Below are positions 10,343-18,915 of a DNA stretch of 64,000 nucleotides, in pieces. Origin of the DNA: Escherichia phage SelmaRatti. Below the pieces are notes generated by a model. The model did not search any database, was not told the DNA's origin, and saw only the letters and a program-made list of their open reading frames with translations. The stretch lies in sequence record MZ501103; one strand, given 5' to 3'. The translations under genes were made by a program, and so were the position numbers. Within the stretch, counting starts at the first letter, position 1. Each line of letters opens with the position of its first letter.

Positions 10343-10654
10343 TTATTCTTTTTCCGCCAGGCGTTTAGCTTCTTTTTCTACTTCTAATAAAACCTCACTA
10401 TTAGATAATATTTTAGTAAATGCCTTAAATAAATGAGATGTTGTTTCTAGAGTGTATGGCATACTGAATCCACTTTTTGTTGGAAACCATTCACCTTCTA
10501 TATCTTGGAGCCAGTACCTAATTCCTAAGTATAGATTCCCCCTAAACTCAGATACAGTTAGCCTAACCTGTTGGCCATCTTCTCTCTCCCAGATAACTAT
10601 GGACTGATCATCTACATGTCCAACATAATCCTGATTTACATTATCTCCTGACAT
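10343..10654 (-). CDS. hypothetical protein (103 aa)
   Basis: ORF in operon context. Confidence 0.4.
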   Translation of the reverse strand: MSGDNVNQDYVGHVDDQSIVIWEREDGQQVRLTVSEFRGNLYLGIRYWLQDIEGEWFPTKSGFSMPYTLETTSHLFKAFTKILSNSEVLLEVEKEAKRLAEKE

Positions 10655-11301
10655 TTTATTGCTCCCTGACTTAGGAGATATTCCTCTGCCTCCTCTGGTT
10701 GAATACTGAAAAACTCAGTAGAACCGTCAAATATTGACTCTGTAAATATCTGCATACTAGAAAAGAATTGATGGGCTTTATTTTCTAGGGTATATGCAGA
10801 GCCTTCATAAGAGTATACCCCATGTATACTCAGATCCACCAAATTAGAATCTTTTTTGATCTCTTGAAGTCTTCTATCTGGGTTTTTAGATGTTCCTATT
10901 TTTGTTCCTAGCTGCGGGCTATAAAATAGATACAAATAGCTTGTAGCCGCACAGATAGGGCAAGATCTTCTAGCATTTTTAATCTTATCCACGCTGCTAG
11001 CCCATCTATGCCCTTCTACACACTCGAACTCTGCTTGACTACGGGAATTAATATAGGGAGATACAAGTTTTATACCCCTACTAGCTAGCTGTTGGTTTAT
11101 TTGCTCTACAGTAAGCTTAGCTTTATTACTACAATGTGGGCAACCACTACCCTTTCTTATATTATTTAGGTAAGCTTTCCATTGGTGGCCATTTAAGCAT
11201 TTAAACATGGCTGGTGTTCTTATGTTAACCCATTCACTTACTATACTAAAGCCTCGTGACTCTAACTCTTTATTTATTTGTTTTGCTGTTAACTTTTTCA
11301 C
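10636..11301 (-). CDS. zinc-ribbon repeat + T5orf172/GIY-YIG-like domain protein (homing-endonuclease-like)
   Basis: Two repeats C..GH.W...CP.C (FKCLNGHQW...CPHC; FECVEGHRW...CPIC) and C-terminal YLYLFYSPQLGTKIGTSKNPDRRL. Confidence 0.6.
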   Translation of the reverse strand: MKKLTAKQINKELESRGFSIVSEWVNIRTPAMFKCLNGHQWKAYLNNIRKGSGCPHCSNKAKLTVEQINQQLASRGIKLVSPYINSRSQAEFECVEGHRWASSVDKIKNARRSCPICAATSYLYLFYSPQLGTKIGTSKNPDRRLQEIKKDSNLVDLSIHGVYSYEGSAYTLENKAHQFFSSMQIFTESIFDGSTEFFSIQPEEAEEYLLSQGAIKCQEIM

Positions 11302-11348
11302 TATACTTTATATACAACAAAGGAGAGCCGAAGCTCTCCTTTTCTTTA

Positions 11349-11639
11349 TTATTTTTTACCTACTGGCGTAGCTCTATCAAGTTCACTAGACAATGAAGTG
11401 ATACGTTTTACCTTATTTACCGGGATGAATCGGAAGCTATCATTAGTACGGCTAAATACTAGAATCTCGTCGTCTTTTGGTTGGCGAATACGCTCCTGGG
11501 CGAATCGTTTACTGAGATACTTATCAGAAAAGTCCATAGTACCTTGAAGATACGTAGTACCTTTTTGACGTAATTTCTCATAATGAAGGTAGAACTCGTT
11601 ATGAGCTTCACATGCGGAGATGATTTCTTGTTTATTCAT
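11349..11639 (-). CDS. hypothetical protein (96 aa)
   Basis: ORF, operon context. Confidence 0.4.
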   Translation of the reverse strand: MNKQEIISACEAHNEFYLHYEKLRQKGTTYLQGTMDFSDKYLSKRFAQERIRQPKDDEILVFSRTNDSFRFIPVNKVKRITSLSSELDRATPVGKK

Positions 11640-11654
11640 GCAAAAATCCCCTTA

Positions 11655-12065
11655 TTACTTAGTGATAGCTCGGATTGCTTCTGCCAGATGAGCAGCCGCT
11701 TTACCAGTCAGTTTGTCGATAATTGCATCATCCAGAAAATCTGGTGCTAGGCCAGCATCAGAGAATGCTGAACGAAGATCGGCATGAGCTTGGGCTTTAG
11801 AAGTGCGAGAACCACCAGAAGCTTTTTCTCCAGTAGATGCGCTAGATTTAGAAGCAGAGCCAGCAGCTTTCTTGATGTACAAACCTGCTTTAGTCAGCTT
11901 CATACGAAAACCGTTCGGAGTTACACCATTTTCCTGGGCAATTTCGCTAACAATTTCCATGCTAACACCCGGACGTTCATCCTCTGGGAATTGCTCCATA
12001 CGAGCAACGTATTCGGAAGACATTTTTTCGAACAGTTCATCAGTCCACTGAGTTGGAGTAGTCAT
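11655..12065 (-). CDS. hypothetical protein (136 aa)
   Basis: ORF, Ser/Ala-rich linker; upstream promoter. Confidence 0.45.
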   Translation of the reverse strand: MTTPTQWTDELFEKMSSEYVARMEQFPEDERPGVSMEIVSEIAQENGVTPNGFRMKLTKAGLYIKKAAGSASKSSASTGEKASGGSRTSKAQAHADLRSAFSDAGLAPDFLDDAIIDKLTGKAAAHLAEAIRAITK

Positions 12066-12122
12066 ATTTTATATTTCCTTAATTAAGAATTAAACAGAAT
12101 AGTTCTTTCAAACTATGAGAAT

Positions 12123-12151
12123 ATTATATCAAGAATTATAGGATTAAGCAA
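12123..12151 (-). promoter_or_regulatory. sigma70-type early promoter
   Basis: rc reads TTGCTT-17-TATAAT. Confidence 0.55.
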
Positions 12152-12171
12152 CTGAAATTTTTCGGTAATTG

Positions 12172-12426
12172 CTACACATCTAGTTCAACAATCTCCCAAT
12201 CGTCGGCCAGAGCCTCGTCTAGGGTAAGGTTTACTTGACGGATAAGTGGGGATTCCATACCGTTCTCCCACACATGTTCAGTCACTGTACCCTGCTCTAC
12301 GTTAAATTCTAAAACCACTGTAAAGTGTTTATTATTTTCCCAGCTATCCCGCTGGAGATATTTTACATCCCCATCTTTCAGTAAATCTGTTAGCTTACTC
12401 ACGGCGTTTTCCTTTTTCTTTATCAA
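12172..12426 (-). CDS. hypothetical protein (84 aa)
   Basis: ORF, overlaps upstream gene stop. Confidence 0.4.
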   Translation of the reverse strand: MIKKKENAVSKLTDLLKDGDVKYLQRDSWENNKHFTVVLEFNVEQGTVTEHVWENGMESPLIRQVNLTLDEALADDWEIVELDV

Positions 12427-13099
12427 GTTTCAGGGCAGCCTTGACAGCTTCGTTAATCAACGTAATAATTTCTTCACGAGTCCATTTATATCCTAGAGAT
12501 TTTACGTCAACCCCTAGCTTTTCCAGATGTTTAACAGAGGCCAACTCGTAATTCATATAGTGGACGTTCTGTTGTTTGCCTTCCGATAGAAGCCATACAC
12601 GGTAACAACCAACAGGATTATCCATTGCTTTTTTGATTTCACCGATACACTGGTATCCAGGAACCCAAACAAGCTCACCAACTGCAAATTCTTCTGCTAC
12701 AGCATCATCAGGAATAATTGGAGGATTCAATGGATCTACAATATCGTTCAAACGAAGTAGAGCACCGTATCGTTCCAGAACAGATTTAACCATTGCTACA
12801 GAGCGATAATTACGATCGGCAATTTCTTCGAAAGAATCACCAGATAAATACTGCTCAATAACGTTAGCTAACTCGATGCCTTCAATGAGTGTGCCACGTT
12901 TCTTTTTCTTCATTTCGGCAACTTGAATCTGGCGATCTTGCCACTCCTCAATCATCCTTTCCATAGTTGGATTGGACGATACGCCGAGCATTTCACATGC
13001 TGCTTTCTTAGTACCACCGTTCTCCAGATGCTCTATAACCTTTTTAAAGACTTCATCTGGGATTTCATGGATATGTTTCTTTCTACGAGAACCAGCCAT
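12395..13099 (-). CDS. putative HTH DNA-binding protein (234 aa)
   Basis: N-terminal KKAACEMLGVSSNPTMERMI helix-turn-helix-like segment. Confidence 0.45.
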   Translation of the reverse strand: MAGSRRKKHIHEIPDEVFKKVIEHLENGGTKKAACEMLGVSSNPTMERMIEEWQDRQIQVAEMKKKKRGTLIEGIELANVIEQYLSGDSFEEIADRNYRSVAMVKSVLERYGALLRLNDIVDPLNPPIIPDDAVAEEFAVGELVWVPGYQCIGEIKKAMDNPVGCYRVWLLSEGKQQNVHYMNYELASVKHLEKLGVDVKSLGYKWTREEIITLINEAVKAALKLDKEKGKRRE

Positions 13100-13130
13100 A
13101 TTTAAACTCCTCTCTCAAATTTATGAATCT

Positions 13131-13159
13131 ATTATACAGAAATTTTTTGAACTATGCAA
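13131..13159 (-). promoter_or_regulatory. sigma70-type early promoter
   Basis: rc reads TTGCAT-17-TATAAT then cataaatttgag. Confidence 0.55.
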
Positions 13160-13167
13160 ATAAATTT

Positions 13168-13410
13168 TTATGATTCCTTGAGCAAAGAAGCAAGTTCAGC
13201 ATAGACTTTATCTAATTCAAAGCCGATGCGAAGAGACACGTTTGTTTTCCGTTGTTTAAGTAACCACTCGGATATGTTAGGGATGCCAGCTAGTCTAGCA
13301 GGAACCACCCTACATAGCTTTTCCGAAGTGTCGTAAACAGGAAATTTATGTTCTTTTACTGGAAACTTCCTTGTTTCCCATTTTTTATTCTTCACTGTCA
13401 TTTCTAGCAC
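13168..13410 (-). CDS. hypothetical protein (80 aa)
   Basis: ORF. Confidence 0.35.
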   Translation of the reverse strand: MLEMTVKNKKWETRKFPVKEHKFPVYDTSEKLCRVVPARLAGIPNISEWLLKQRKTNVSLRIGFELDKVYAELASLLKES

Positions 13411-16174
13411 CTAGCTCCGCCATTGCTTCATCATGCATATGTTTCTCCTCATCAGTCATAAACTTATACGGGATTGGCATACACTCGATTTTACAATAAG
13501 TCCTGTACCAGTCTACAATATTCTCCGTGTTCATATCCTTGCCAATACCCATCATACCAAGATACATTCTTGCATATTTTGGGTTAGCACTCTGACCTGT
13601 TTTAAGGAAGAAATCTTTCTTCTTACCTTTCAGAGCTTCTATGAATGGTTTGATAGTGACATTTGAACACTTCTTAATATCTTCCCAGAACATCTCGTGC
13701 ATCTTATGGAAGAATGCAGCTCGATCATTAGGTTTATCCTTGATATATTGTTCAACATGCTCAACTGTTACATCTTTAATAGACTCAAGATGATAGTAGC
13801 GAACAAGAAGTAGTTTAGCTTCATACGCATCTGCATGGCGTGGAGCACAATAATCAGGAGTTGAATACAAAATAGCTTTGATTCGCTCTTCCGTATATTC
13901 CTTCCCAGCACCTTCGATAGTTCCCCAGCTTTCACTGAAAATATCAATAGTTGCACCCTGATCAAGCAAGTAATAGCGTAGAGTACTAGTATAGTTTCTA
14001 GATTCCAGCTCCCTGCGACGTGCATATAGTTGCTGTGCTAACTCCAGCCAACCCTCATCAATGTTATATTGCTCAGAACCTGCGGAGAATCCACTCGTAG
14101 ATTTATCAATAAAATAATAGATATTCTGAGCACCACGGTCGCGCCTGATTGCTTGAAAACGCATGTTTGGCGCTTGGTTACTGGTTCTAGTGATAACGAA
14201 TACGTTATCAAAATAGTTGAAGTCAACACCACTAGTTACGGATGGACTACATAATAAGCAATCAATTTGTTGATCAATCAGCTCATTAGTTGTGTAATCC
14301 AGAATACGTCTAATATCCACATCAGACGTAGAATTTGAGTGGATTTCCTTAACTAACGCACCCGTATTACGACGTAATGCCATACCCTTCTCATTCAGCT
14401 CATCAGGGCCACAATCAGATACCAGAATAGATTTCTCACCCATCTCTAGAGAAGTCTGAAGTGCAACCCAAATACTGGATTCATCAGGAAACTCATAAGC
14501 ATGAGCTTTTGACAGCATTTTACGGTGATGATTATAAAATGCAACCGGTTTATCAAACTCGATCAAAGAACCATATGCTTCAATTGTTTCTGCACTAATA
14601 TCACCATCTGATAATATAATGATTTTTGCAGTTGCAAGAATATCCCGAAGAACCTGAATACATTCACGACGTTGTTTAACAACCGGGGCGAATAATAGGT
14701 CGTTCATTACTGCATCACATTCATCGATAAAGATTGCATCAATTTGACCAATAAAACTCTTGAACTTATGCAAAGAGTGAATAGTTGTGGACATACGGTC
14801 AATAGCACCACGCTTAAAATTAAGCATATCTACAGACTTATCATATTGTCCTGCACTAAATTTCTTAGCATTGGAAGATACTAGCGCTCTAGTATTTGTA
14901 ACTGCTAAAAAGTTGCCAGGAAGAACACCTGCGTCCAGCCATTTAGTTACTGCCGTAGTTTTACCAGTACCAAGACTTGCCTTAACAAAGGTTATGTGGC
15001 CTTTTGGAGGCACAATGTTAATCTTCAGGTATGGAACTTCTGGTGGAGAATCCACTTCTAATTTCTTGAGTGGAACACCCTTCAGATTTAATGGAATCTC
15101 ACGTTTAGAATTATTAACAAACGCTTTGAGAGCCTGCTTACGACCGTTATTAAAGTAATCTTGAATATTACGACTGTTATCTTTAGTTGCAATATATTCA
15201 GATAAAGCGGGTTTAATCTCACGTTCTAGCCATGCGAAATCAACACCATCCTCTAATGCTCTATGGTATAGTTTAGGGATAATACGCAAGTACACCCCAT
15301 CCTCAGCTTCTTCCAATTCGCTGATAGTTTCTTCTACTTTATCAGACGCGATCTTTTTGCCTTTAATTTGGTCAAGTAAGGAATAGAATTCCTCTTTGAA
15401 CTCCCCTCTAGTTGTTTCATAGTCAACCAGATTATTAGGCAAATTTACCTTCGAACCTTTAACATACACCAGACGTGGCTTACTATCCGCTTTAAACGGA
15501 TCAACAATACCATCACTAAATAAAGGATCGGCAAAATAATGGAGCTGGACAGATGAATAATAAGCTAAGTCGGCAATGTCAAAACCGAATTTTTGCTTAC
15601 TACTATCATTGATAGACGTAAATAAGAACTTTAACTGACCTTGAGTTACCTTGACGTTAGATTCTAGCATTAAGTGCATTCGGATACCTGGTTTTAGGCC
15701 AGCCGAAGACGATGCATGAGCAATAAACCCTGCATCAAGAGGAAACATGTCCTCACTAATACTATTCAACATCTTAATAATGTGACGGGCCATGCCTACA
15801 AGATTAAACTTGTCGTACCCACCGGTATCTAGGATACCATCCACGTCCATAGCAATAATATTGCTAGGGTTAGACACATTAAAGTTACCTTTCTTACGTC
15901 GCACATTATTTTTAGGTGCAAGACATCGACCTCGTACCGCAACGATATGAGGGTCAGACGTTAAACGTCTCATAAGTGGTAACATTTCGGCAAGGCTTTG
16001 CGGGTCGTGCTCTTCTATTACATCAAATTTGAAGGGCATAGAGGCTGGTTTACCTTCTGGATGCTCTTTCGAGAATCGCTTGGCAAAGGTATAATCTTCC
16101 GCTTTGATTTCTCGCCAAATACCTGTTGCTAAATCACGAGAAAATCCGGCGTGACCTTGAAGAATAGAAAACAC
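13385..16174 (-). CDS. large SF2 helicase-like ATPase (putative replication-origin binding protein)
   Basis: Walker A SLGTGKTT, Walker B FIDECD; 929 aa; RBS aggag before start. Confidence 0.65.
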   Translation of the reverse strand: MFSILQGHAGFSRDLATGIWREIKAEDYTFAKRFSKEHPEGKPASMPFKFDVIEEHDPQSLAEMLPLMRRLTSDPHIVAVRGRCLAPKNNVRRKKGNFNVSNPSNIIAMDVDGILDTGGYDKFNLVGMARHIIKMLNSISEDMFPLDAGFIAHASSSAGLKPGIRMHLMLESNVKVTQGQLKFLFTSINDSSKQKFGFDIADLAYYSSVQLHYFADPLFSDGIVDPFKADSKPRLVYVKGSKVNLPNNLVDYETTRGEFKEEFYSLLDQIKGKKIASDKVEETISELEEAEDGVYLRIIPKLYHRALEDGVDFAWLEREIKPALSEYIATKDNSRNIQDYFNNGRKQALKAFVNNSKREIPLNLKGVPLKKLEVDSPPEVPYLKINIVPPKGHITFVKASLGTGKTTAVTKWLDAGVLPGNFLAVTNTRALVSSNAKKFSAGQYDKSVDMLNFKRGAIDRMSTTIHSLHKFKSFIGQIDAIFIDECDAVMNDLLFAPVVKQRRECIQVLRDILATAKIIILSDGDISAETIEAYGSLIEFDKPVAFYNHHRKMLSKAHAYEFPDESSIWVALQTSLEMGEKSILVSDCGPDELNEKGMALRRNTGALVKEIHSNSTSDVDIRRILDYTTNELIDQQIDCLLCSPSVTSGVDFNYFDNVFVITRTSNQAPNMRFQAIRRDRGAQNIYYFIDKSTSGFSAGSEQYNIDEGWLELAQQLYARRRELESRNYTSTLRYYLLDQGATIDIFSESWGTIEGAGKEYTEERIKAILYSTPDYCAPRHADAYEAKLLLVRYYHLESIKDVTVEHVEQYIKDKPNDRAAFFHKMHEMFWEDIKKCSNVTIKPFIEALKGKKKDFFLKTGQSANPKYARMYLGMMGIGKDMNTENIVDWYRTYCKIECMPIPYKFMTDEEKHMHDEAMAELGARNDSEE

Positions 16175-16672
16175 AACAATACTCCTGTGTTGGTTAATCG
16201 AAAATCTTTTCTTTAGGACTATTCAGAAAGAATAGAACAACTATTACTACTATTTACGTAAACATCAATTATCATCAAGCAATATGAATAAGTTATCATA
16301 TCTCAGTGCTGTGCTCTCTTCGCTCATATACAGAATAGAACCTAGGTCATTGGCCGCTAAGCCGATTCTATTTGTCCTCACTATCCTATTGGTAGGTGAC
16401 TACTGTACGTGCCGCCATTCGCTGCTCTTTTCGTTCGCACCCCCATATAAAGCTCTGCCTATATAACGAGCTAAATATGCACGGTTTGGATTTACCTTTC
16501 CGAATTCAGGGTACACAGATCACTTAATTGAAGATTAACTAATGCAATATAAACACTAGTAACAGTTAAAACAACCCTTAATGGGGCAGCCTAACTGTTC
16601 CGTATCGCGGATTGTAAACAAGAAAAATTAGCAAAATCAATTTTTACTAATGTCTCTCAATTCAATATAAAT

Positions 16673-16701
16673 ATTATATCAAGATTTTGAGCACCGTGCA
16701 A
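16673..16701 (-). promoter_or_regulatory. sigma70-type promoter upstream of long leader of the 929-aa helicase gene
   Basis: rc reads TTGCAC-17-TATAAT. Confidence 0.45.
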
Positions 16702-16792
16702 GTAAATTTTTCCCAAAGGTGCTATCAGTGTCTTTGAGTACAGAGAAAACCGAGCCAAAATGACTCGGTAATCAGAGTTCAGCTAGTAAAAA

Positions 16793-17185
16793 TCATTCAT
16801 CATTTAGGCCTGGAACATAAATCCCAATACGGTTTAATTGTTCTTTAGCTTCTTTGAGAATATCTGGAGTGTACTCCCAAATATCATCTTTCACCTGTAA
16901 AAGATGGGGCGAACAACCGTCATCAGGCACACGACATATGGCAAAACCACGTGGATGGAACAAAGAGAAATTTAGGGAAACAATTAAACCCATAGAGGAC
17001 AATTCATTCCAGTCCATCTCCCATTCCCCGGCATATCCAGACAGGAAAACGCCAGTGCAGGGATCATCTATTTGCTGCTCTGGAAAAGTGAAGGAGGCTT
17101 GCTTTACCCCCAACCAACGTTGTAGCAGCTTCTCAGCACGCTTCACCAAACTAGGATCAATCTGGCGCCAATATACTTGTTCCAT
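16793..17185 (-). CDS. hypothetical protein, paralog of adjacent ORF
   Basis: Shares ...W.EL..MGL...LN..LF.P......Y.PGL with the 17195-17623 product. Confidence 0.45.
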   Translation of the reverse strand: MEQVYWRQIDPSLVKRAEKLLQRWLGVKQASFTFPEQQIDDPCTGVFLSGYAGEWEMDWNELSSMGLIVSLNFSLFHPRGFAICRVPDDGCSPHLLQVKDDIWEYTPDILKEAKEQLNRIGIYVPGLNDE

Positions 17186-17194
17186 TCTGCCTCC

Positions 17195-17623
17195 TTAAGC
17201 AGTTAAACCTGGGATCATATACCCGAAACGGCGAAGTTTCTGAATCCCCTCATTCACTTCTTCCGGTGAGTAAGACCAACCATAACGTTCATTAACCTGA
17301 AAACCAGGAGATTCACTAGTTTTATAGTTAACAACTAGGCGATGCTTAGCAGGCATAAACAGCTTATAGTTTAACGCAAAAACTAAGCCCATTTCGTCTA
17401 ACTCTTTCCAGCCCACAATCTCTTCAAGACCATCCTCTACCTGCACAATTAAACCAATACAGGGGGCCTCATCAATATCATCCTTAAAAGCAAAGGAGAT
17501 TTCGTTATTCTCACACCATATTTTCAAAGAGTTAATAGCCTCATTATACAGGCTAGCTGGGAGAGTACGCCAAAAGTTAACCAAAATTGGGTTAGCTTCT
17601 TTAGAGAATACATTATTGAACAT
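17195..17623 (-). CDS. hypothetical protein, paralog of adjacent ORF
   Basis: Tandem paralog, see previous. Confidence 0.45.
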   Translation of the reverse strand: MFNNVFSKEANPILVNFWRTLPASLYNEAINSLKIWCENNEISFAFKDDIDEAPCIGLIVQVEDGLEEIVGWKELDEMGLVFALNYKLFMPAKHRLVVNYKTSESPGFQVNERYGWSYSPEEVNEGIQKLRRFGYMIPGLTA

Positions 17624-17625
17624 AT

Positions 17626-18075
17626 TTACACCTTAAATTGTTGTAAGGATTTACACATTTCAATATCTGGGCTAAATTCTAGCATATAGCTAACAGCTTT
17701 TAAATCTTGAAGATTTATCCCAGTCCTACCGTTGACTATAACCGTTGGATACTGATACATCATAGCACCAGCACGCTCAATAAGGTCATCAACGTTAGTA
17801 GTCAAATTTACTACTTGACCAGGATATTTCTTATACCATTCCCCAATACGCAAGTGTGCAAGGTTAGGTTCAACAGTTTCTAGCTCTTCACGTCGCTTGT
17901 TGTAAAACATATGGGTTTTATGATAAAAGTTACCACGAAAGGCATGAATATTACATACCTCTTCTAAGTCATAATCATCCCACAATGCTTTACCACTAGC
18001 AGTATCAGTACGGAAGGCTCGTACACCACTTTCAACACTCAAACCTACACCACTGATAATAATTAATCTACGCAT
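17626..18075 (-). CDS. Sir2-like NAD-binding N-terminal domain protein (truncated, 149 aa)
   Basis: ISGVGLSVESGVRAFR...NVDDLIERAG resembles CobB/Sir2 GAGIS.ESGI..FR...QNID.LHERAG; no zinc ribbon, no catalytic His. Confidence 0.5.
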   Translation of the reverse strand: MRRLIIISGVGLSVESGVRAFRTDTASGKALWDDYDLEEVCNIHAFRGNFYHKTHMFYNKRREELETVEPNLAHLRIGEWYKKYPGQVVNLTTNVDDLIERAGAMMYQYPTVIVNGRTGINLQDLKAVSYMLEFSPDIEMCKSLQQFKV

Positions 18076-18289
18076 TTTTCACCTGTTCTCTAAAGTTTTG
18101 CCCAATACTGTCTAACAGCTCAGCTAATTCTTTATTGCCTTTCTCCATTAAGGTATTAGCAATAACTTCTAGCATAGTAGCGCAGGATTCAACACCATCC
18201 TTATAGCCAGTTTCCCAGTGCTGCATTAATGCGTTTTCCAAAGCGGTGTTTAAATCACTGCCTGGTAGCATCGGCTTCGAGAATGCCAT
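18068..18289 (-). CDS. hypothetical protein (73 aa)
   Basis: ORF. Confidence 0.35.
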   Translation of the reverse strand: MAFSKPMLPGSDLNTALENALMQHWETGYKDGVESCATMLEVIANTLMEKGNKELAELLDSIGQNFREQVKNA

Positions 18290-18461
18290 AAAGTTTCTCC
18301 TCTAGTTCCATAACACGATTTTCATAAGAGGCACGCAACTTTTCAATTGCCAGTGCACGCACTGTAACCTCATTAGAATTAATAGCTAATTGGGCCAGAT
18401 CTTCTGTTTCCATACGTCCGTTGTAAATTAAGCGATATTTAAGATGTTTTACGTTTTTCAT
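18255..18461 (-). CDS. hypothetical protein (68 aa)
   Basis: ORF. Confidence 0.35.
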   Translation of the reverse strand: MKNVKHLKYRLIYNGRMETEDLAQLAINSNEVTVRALAIEKLRASYENRVMELEEKLYGILEADATRQ

Positions 18462-18853
18462 ACTTTTAGCTCCGCCCCAATATCCTCATAGAAGTAATCG
18501 TAGTAAACTTGCTTAATATGATGCTTAATAACAGAGGAGAAATCCTCTGTGCCATTAGAGGTAACATTAAATACTTGTAAGTGGTTCCAATACACAAATT
18601 CTAGAGTCTCTTTTAAGTCTTCAGGTTCTTCGTATATAGGATTATAGACAGTAATATCTAATTCTTGCTCTACAAAGTCGCCTAGTAATGTAGGATACCC
18701 AATACCTTCTAGTAATGAGTAATCACCCGTAGCAGCAAAAATAGCTTCCTGAATAGTATCTACCCCTAAGTGATAATGTCCTAACTTAGATACAACAATA
18801 AATGGTTTTAGTTCCATATACCCTCCTCTCAAATTTATAAATCTATTATACAT
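18458..18853 (-). CDS. hypothetical protein (131 aa)
   Basis: ORF with upstream promoter. Confidence 0.4.
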   Translation of the reverse strand: MYNRFINLRGGYMELKPFIVVSKLGHYHLGVDTIQEAIFAATGDYSLLEGIGYPTLLGDFVEQELDITVYNPIYEEPEDLKETLEFVYWNHLQVFNVTSNGTEDFSSVIKHHIKQVYYDYFYEDIGAELKV

Positions 18854-18873
18854 ATATTTTTAGCTGAAAGCAA
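18845..18873 (-). promoter_or_regulatory. sigma70-type early promoter
   Basis: rc reads TTGCTT-17-TATAAT then tttataaatttgag. Confidence 0.55.
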
Positions 18874-18908
18874 ATAAAATAAAAGCCAGGTCGACTAGCA
18901 ACCTGGCT
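18871..18908 (-). terminator. rho-independent terminator after nrdD
   Basis: Stem gccaggt/acctggc followed on the minus strand by a U-run. Confidence 0.5.
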
Positions 18909-18915
18909 GATTAGC

